Source: Flectonema sp. DT1601 (Eukaryota). Taken from it: a stretch of 64,000 bases of DNA. Positions 58,243 to 64,000 of this stretch are shown in pieces. The stretch is from positions 744,001 through 808,000 of the forward strand of contig OZ025787.1 in assembly GCA_964019425.1 (NCBI GenBank), read 5' to 3'. The position numbers and the translations under genes were made by a program. The stretch's first letter is position 1, and each line of letters opens with the position of its first letter. The notes beneath the pieces were generated by a model. The model made no database searches, was not told the DNA's origin, and saw only the letters and a program-made list of their open reading frames with translations.

Positions 58243-61200
58243 CTATTCGTGCCTCAGATATAATGACCTCCGGGCAGATACCGTTTCGTGTTGTACGAGT
58301 GCTGTTAAGAATTTAGTTGTGATTAGAGCCGTTTGGTGGTTGGCGTGCATCAAACTTTGTTCTGCTTCTTCTCTTCGTCGTACTTCTGTATTAAGTGTTG
58401 TGGCTGCCTCACGAACAGCTACTTCGCTAATTAACTCTGCGCGAGCTCTCTCGTCTTGCAGTTCGCTGTCTTGTTTTTGTCGGGCAGACTTCTCAAATTG
58501 TAATTCAGACTGAAATAATTCAACTTGTGATTGAAGAGTTTGGTTGGAAGATTTCTGAACTGCGTGAGCTTCTTCAAATTGAATAGCCTTCTGACTCTCT
58601 CGAGCAACAACTTCATGTAAATTCAACAAATCACTTTGTATTATCGTAGCCCGTTCTCCCATTTGACGAATTTCATTAGATTTTGCGAGCAATTCCAATT
58701 GCAATTCTTGATTTTCTGTTCTACGGATGTTGCTGGTTCTCTCAGCTGCTGCTAATTCCTTTTGAAGCTGCTGCATTTCTTCCGAAGTAATATTTGTTTC
58801 ATCTTCAACTTCGATATTCTCATCTGACAGCTCAGGTTCAGTTTCCTGAGTACCGGCTGCCGTTAATTTCTTAATTTCATCGTCCAGTAATTCTTTTTCA
58901 GACGTCAAAGAAATGATTTTCGATTCTAATAATTCTTTTTCTTGTCTAAACTGTTCTTCTGTTTCAGACGAATGCTGCTCATATTCAACGATACTCTGTC
59001 TCATTTTGGAGGCATCTTTTTCGGCTCCAGATAGTTTATTTATGAGGTCATTAGTTGTAGTTGTAAGCTCTTCGATTTTGTTTTTGGACTCATTCCTTTC
59101 TTCTGTAAGAGTTTTATAAACAGCTGCTGCGTCACGAGCCTCAACTGAGGCTTGTTGTAGTTGTTTAGTAAGGGATTCAATGTAAGACTGTAGTTCTGAA
59201 GTAGCACTCTGTTTGTCTTTTTTTGACTGCTCTATTTGCTTTTGCTGATTTTCAATTTCATTGTGTAGTCTCGCCTTCTCATGAATAAGTGATGTTGTGA
59301 CTTCTTCTTTTTGCTTTGCATTATCAACAGTTGATGTTAAGGTTTCTCTTAAAGAGCAAGTGTCAATAGTCATAGTTTGAATCTTTCCTTGGTATGATCC
59401 TATTAGTTGTTTTACTTTTTCAAGTTCTTGTTCTTTTGACGAAACCTTTAAAATGAGTGAATTCTTTGAAGCTTCAGTAGCAGTAATTTGAGCTTGAGCT
59501 TCTTCAAGTGATGCCTTGAAAGTATTAAGTTCATTTGATTGTGTTAATAATTCTTGTTTTGACTGTTCTAATAAGGCAGCAAATCGACGAGTCTCTGCCT
59601 GCGCTGTGTGAAGTTCTGACGCAACTCTACGACAGTCATCAGCCAACTGTCGAACACCATCAGCACGAGCAACTTTTTGAATTTCCAAGTCGCGGTGTAG
59701 GTCAGCCAGCAACTGATCACTCGCATGTGCAGCAGCCTGAGACTCTACTAACTCTTTCTGTAGAACGTCATTCTTAGCAGATAGAGAATCGACCTCTTCA
59801 GCTGCAAGTTTATGCATTATCTTTAATTTAAGAAGCATTTCAGAAGCGTTACAAAGCTCTCCAGTTATTCTCGAGATGCCATCAGCGATCTTCTGCTCCA
59901 ACTCCCCTTCCAAATTACGAAATTTTGATTCCCAATGTGACGCTTGCTGTTCGGAGGTGTGAATTTGAGTTTCTGCGCGTTCCATTTCCTCGCGGAGGGA
60001 CATTATTTCAATAGCAACGTGTTGTGATCTGCTTTGGGTCTCCTTGGCGGTGGCTTCCCATCGACGTGCTGAATCCGCGGCGATAGACCACTCGGTTTGT
60101 AGTAGTGTTGGCGGCTGGTTAGATAGAAGATTACTAGTCGGTGAAGTAGGTGAAACAGGACACTGTTCTGAGACACCACTAACTGATTCAGCTGTTAGTG
60201 TTGGAGATCCTGGATTAGGAACCATCAGTTGACTGCTTGCTTGTCTACTTATTGTTAGTGACTCCCATCCACAATCTACAGCAGTCTTTTCCCACATCAT
60301 TAGTGGTAGTTTATTATTATCACCTGCTTTCTTATTACAAATCCTTCTAGTGATAGCATCTGGTGATTCACTTGGAAGTATCCCACTTGATACCTGAAGT
60401 ATAATAGAAGTTAGTGAAGCCTTATCTAAACATTGAACAGGGGATGCCTGGATAACTTTTATTTGTGACGGAGCAATCCCAGCACTCGATGCAACATCAC
60501 TAATTAAGGATGTGTGGATTTCTTCTAATTCTTTTGGGTTTAGAGAATTGTACCACCCGTATGAACACGGTATCTCTACAGTTGTATGACTGCTTGGTAC
60601 TGACATTAGTGAATGAAATAAAGTAGTGAAAGTTGGATCAATTAGTGTTTTGATATTTATTTCTAATTGTTCATAAAAAGACCTTTCAATGTCGAATAAA
60701 TGCCGCTCTCCACTGTTGAGTTCCTGTTGCAATAAAAGACCTTCATCTAAAAGGGAAGCAGCCTTGTGTTGGGCTCGAATTTCAGAATTTTGAACATCAA
60801 TCGTGTCCTTACATTCATTGAGTTTTTCCAGAAGAAGATTTCGTTCGATTTGATGGTTGTTGTTGTCTTGTTGAAGAGCGAAATTCTCGCTCATCACCCC
60901 TCCATAAAACTCACCAAGGATAGAACAATATTCAGAACATTCCATCTGAACTAATGATGTTATCGCGTGACTCGCTGCGTTGTTCGCTAAATTCAACATT
61001 CTCGTTACTTCGTGACTCCCGTCTTGTCTTTCAAAGGCACCACCAGTAACGTCGGTATAAAAGCTCTGCCGCAAAATACCAAAAGCAGTCAATGACTCTA
61101 ACTCAATATCACTCCGAGAAGAGTTTTGTGAAAACTGAAGAACTTCAAAGAAGCTGTTGGACATTCTGAGGAGCAGTTCCTCCTTTGCAGAAGCTTCATC

Positions 61201-62379
61201 AGAATTAGCTGCGATGGTTTCCGCGTGTAGTAAGTTGAGATCATTTATATTTCTATTGTGCTCTGCGTTTGTTTTCTCTAATTTTATTGCAAATTCCGCT
61301 TCACACGTGTGCCTTGCTGTGACTAACTGATGTTGTAGTTCTGCTTGCAATAAATGAAGACTTTCTACTTCTTTCTTTGATGCGTCAAGTAGTTTAGTGA
61401 GGTGATCAATGTGATTGGTCTTTCCAGTAACGACATCTCGAAGTGATTCCAAATCAGTCTTTTTAATTATAACGCAGTCTCTGGGTATTGATGTCTTGGA
61501 GCCTTCAATAGAATCGTCTGTTTGAGTTCCGACTGGCTTTTGAATTATTTCATCAGATTGAGAACCAACAGCTCTCATATGAACTTCACACTGACTTGTG
61601 GAGTTTCTTAATTGAGTTACATCAGTGTTGGTGGAGGACTCTGATTTTGTTAGATGAGACTGTTGCTGCATCGACTGCGGCTGCTTTCCCCGAACAAGTT
61701 CGGAGATGGTCCGTCTGGCAGCCTTCAACTCGTCAGATAGTTGTCCAACCATTTGATCATTTCCATGAATTCTATCTTCCATTGGTAATTCTACTGGTGG
61801 TGCAGAAAGTGTTAATTCCTGTAGACTCTGAACCCGTTCTTTTAGAGCTGCGGTTGTATTTTGCTCCTGTCGAAGAGAGTCGTGGAGAGTATTTACCTGT
61901 GACTCATACTCAACAGTAAGTTGTTGAATTGTAATGTTTTGAGAATCAGAACCTTGAAGTTGGGCTTCTCGTAGATCGATGTTGTGTTCCCGCTCTCGTA
62001 ATTTATGTTCGTACAATTCAACTTCTTGTTTAATAGAAGTAAGTTCTTGTTGTTGAAGAGAGAGAGATAATTCCTGAGCCGCAAGATCATTATGAGTTTG
62101 AGTAAGACTTGCAGCAGTCACTCCGACAACTGGTAAGGCTGGAGATTCGCTGCTGGTTGCAATATTTAAATTACCTCCGCTGTTCTTCTGTACGAGTTTT
62201 CTCAATTCTCTTAGTTCAGGTTTTCCTTCATTACTTTGACTACAAGCATTGATTAGTCCTATGGGATCATTTGGCCAATACTTACCAATAACTTCTGAGG
62301 CTGAACCTCCACATAATGTTACTATCAGTCCAACCATCTTACGAGATGGTGCCTGAGGGATAGAAGGAGGCCGATGCAT
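58243..62379 (-). CDS. Large coiled-coil (cytoskeletal/flagellar-type) protein, 1378 aa
   Basis: Intronless long ORF rich in E/Q/L/K with extended heptad repeats. Confidence 0.85.
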   Translation of the reverse strand: MHRPPSIPQAPSRKMVGLIVTLCGGSASEVIGKYWPNDPIGLINACSQSNEGKPELRELRKLVQKNSGGNLNIATSSESPALPVVGVTAASLTQTHNDLAAQELSLSLQQQELTSIKQEVELYEHKLREREHNIDLREAQLQGSDSQNITIQQLTVEYESQVNTLHDSLRQEQNTTAALKERVQSLQELTLSAPPVELPMEDRIHGNDQMVGQLSDELKAARRTISELVRGKQPQSMQQQSHLTKSESSTNTDVTQLRNSTSQCEVHMRAVGSQSDEIIQKPVGTQTDDSIEGSKTSIPRDCVIIKKTDLESLRDVVTGKTNHIDHLTKLLDASKKEVESLHLLQAELQHQLVTARHTCEAEFAIKLEKTNAEHNRNINDLNLLHAETIAANSDEASAKEELLLRMSNSFFEVLQFSQNSSRSDIELESLTAFGILRQSFYTDVTGGAFERQDGSHEVTRMLNLANNAASHAITSLVQMECSEYCSILGEFYGGVMSENFALQQDNNNHQIERNLLLEKLNECKDTIDVQNSEIRAQHKAASLLDEGLLLQQELNSGERHLFDIERSFYEQLEINIKTLIDPTFTTLFHSLMSVPSSHTTVEIPCSYGWYNSLNPKELEEIHTSLISDVASSAGIAPSQIKVIQASPVQCLDKASLTSIILQVSSGILPSESPDAITRRICNKKAGDNNKLPLMMWEKTAVDCGWESLTISRQASSQLMVPNPGSPTLTAESVSGVSEQCPVSPTSPTSNLLSNQPPTLLQTEWSIAADSARRWEATAKETQSRSQHVAIEIMSLREEMERAETQIHTSEQQASHWESKFRNLEGELEQKIADGISRITGELCNASEMLLKLKIMHKLAAEEVDSLSAKNDVLQKELVESQAAAHASDQLLADLHRDLEIQKVARADGVRQLADDCRRVASELHTAQAETRRFAALLEQSKQELLTQSNELNTFKASLEEAQAQITATEASKNSLILKVSSKEQELEKVKQLIGSYQGKIQTMTIDTCSLRETLTSTVDNAKQKEEVTTSLIHEKARLHNEIENQQKQIEQSKKDKQSATSELQSYIESLTKQLQQASVEARDAAAVYKTLTEERNESKNKIEELTTTTNDLINKLSGAEKDASKMRQSIVEYEQHSSETEEQFRQEKELLESKIISLTSEKELLDDEIKKLTAAGTQETEPELSDENIEVEDETNITSEEMQQLQKELAAAERTSNIRRTENQELQLELLAKSNEIRQMGERATIIQSDLLNLHEVVARESQKAIQFEEAHAVQKSSNQTLQSQVELFQSELQFEKSARQKQDSELQDERARAELISEVAVREAATTLNTEVRRREEAEQSLMHANHQTALITTKFLTALVQHETVSARRSLYLRHE

Positions 62380-63584
62380 CTTTCTCTGCCTCGTTCTGTT
62401 TTGACGTAGACTTCAGTCAGTGTGTGGTGAGGTCAAACTGTTGGGAGAGAAGTTATAATTATAAAGAATTAACACAGTAATTTAAATGAACTATATTCAA
62501 GAAGCAGGGCTTGCTGTTATTCTGCACCTTTTTTTTTTTTTTTTGTTGCTCCCCTTTTTTTTATTTTACTTATTATAAGTTATAGGCATTTCTTTTTTTT
62601 TTTTTAAATTCCCATTCCTTCTTTTTTTTCTTTTTTTTTTCTTTTCAAGTGTTTTCTTTTTTTTTTTTATTAGTTAGAATTGCCGTGGGGGTTTTCCCCC
62701 GTCATGCCTTGTTAAATTTATGTTTTCTTTCTAATTTTCGTACTGTCTTCTGTTCGGGCATGACTGGTGAAATTACGGGTGTAAGGGGTAAGGAACAATT
62801 TAAGGTTCGCTTTTCGCTATAACCTTTAACGAGAGGCCTATTTCTTATTTTTATGTACTAATCTTATTTAAGATTTAACACGAGGAAAGGGATTACCCAA
62901 AAATAATGAGAATTCCTCTGTTTAGACCAAAACTTTTTCTTTTTTCATCGTTGTAAAAAAGTTTTTTTTTTTTTCGCCGTTCTTGTATGTGTAAGAAATA
63001 ATGTACGCAGCATATGTAAACCTTAAGTCGATTTCGTGCGGCCATTTTTTTTTTTTTTTGGTTGTAGCTAATCGCAATAACTGAAATTGGCACGTCGAAC
63101 GTGACAACGTATTGATTGTTCACAACAGCGAAAATATTTTTGGGTGCAGGCAGCGGAGAAAAGTTCTTTTTGATGTGCGGAAACGGAGAAAGTCCAAGTA
63201 ATTAAAACAAACCACTGCGCTAGTTGCGACTGGAAAGGAGTCGTCTTGCACTAGGAGTATTCCTTTCGTGAGTGTGGTTTTCTAGTCACTAAGCACAATG
63301 CCTTTTAAAATAACTCTTATAGAGCATACAACTGGAAGCAATACTGGGAGCGGAGGATGGAATTGGAGGGAACTTTGAAGAAGGTATAGGGTGTACAATA
63401 AATAATCTCATTCAGTATCTCAGTCACTCAGCGCTGGAGTAGTCGCGGAGGTATTCCCATTCAATCACAATAAGCGGATGACCCTCCGCCTTATGTAGTC
63501 CCAATTACAAAAGAATTTGACTGAAGTGATGAGCTGGTATCGGACTCACATTTGTAGAACTGAAAAGCCCTATTAAACAATTTC

Positions 63585-63616
<32 letters not shown>

Positions 63617-64000
63617 TCGAGAAAGTTTTTTTCTTTTTGATGCACGTGAGCATGGCACTGTACCGCAGTAATGAAAGAGACGGAGAAATGTACGTACTTC
63701 GTGTGCAGAATAACCTTATACTAAGACACTGCTTACCTTCTGTATAGACTAACCAGATTTAATTGTATCAAGGAAGAAGAATAAAAAAAAAATTTACGAA
63801 ACACAGACTTACAAATTACACAGAGAACGCAAATTCCTTGCGATTGCTCTTCTCTCCTCTTTTGAACACATGGCTTTTCTCCATGAAAACAAAACAACAC
63901 ACGACCTAACTCGGCGTTGTAGATATTATTTGTTATAAAATATGGCTTCAGAACACACACACAACATACCATGTCTTTATGGTAGTCTGAAATTCCATAA

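Noticed and set aside
58176..58253. Possible GC-AG intron extending the 1378-aa gene
   Set aside because: Donor GCACGA and a T-rich acceptor do not fit the local consensus; the ORF has its own stop.
1..64000. CRISPR arrays, rRNA, SL RNA, intact tRNAs, intact transposons, prokaryotic operons
   Set aside because: None seen; the DNA is eukaryotic with no regularly spaced repeats or recognisable conserved RNA genes.

Overview
AT-rich eukaryotic nuclear DNA, standard genetic code. I can assemble 22 protein-coding genes and all lie on the minus strand, forming one directional gene cluster. Together with short spliceosomal introns and a receptor-type adenylate cyclase, this suggests a euglenozoan, most like a diplonemid (inference, not proven). 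Recognisable products: a >2000-aa repetitive surface protein running off the window start, receptor adenylate cyclase, WDR1/AIP1, RPS15A, Tctex-type dynein light chain, an LRR protein, an O-fucosyltransferase-like protein, an FCP1/NIF phosphatase, a FANCJ/RTEL1-type Fe-S helicase, GET1-like, DnaJ, an STI1-like TPR protein, a secreted glycoside-hydrolase-like protein, a tentative SHOC1/ZIP2-like protein and several coiled-coil proteins. I placed 25 GT-AG introns by hand, using reading-frame restoration. They follow a GTWTG...AACAG pattern with A-rich rather than pyrimidine-rich acceptors. The most notable observation is an ~86-nt structured element shared by the oversized introns of two unrelated genes 41 kb apart, with a partial third copy in another intron. 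Decayed non-LTR reverse-transcriptase fragments, duplicated gene 5' ends and tRNA-like remnants also occur. All gene models and alignments are manual, with no database or folding software.
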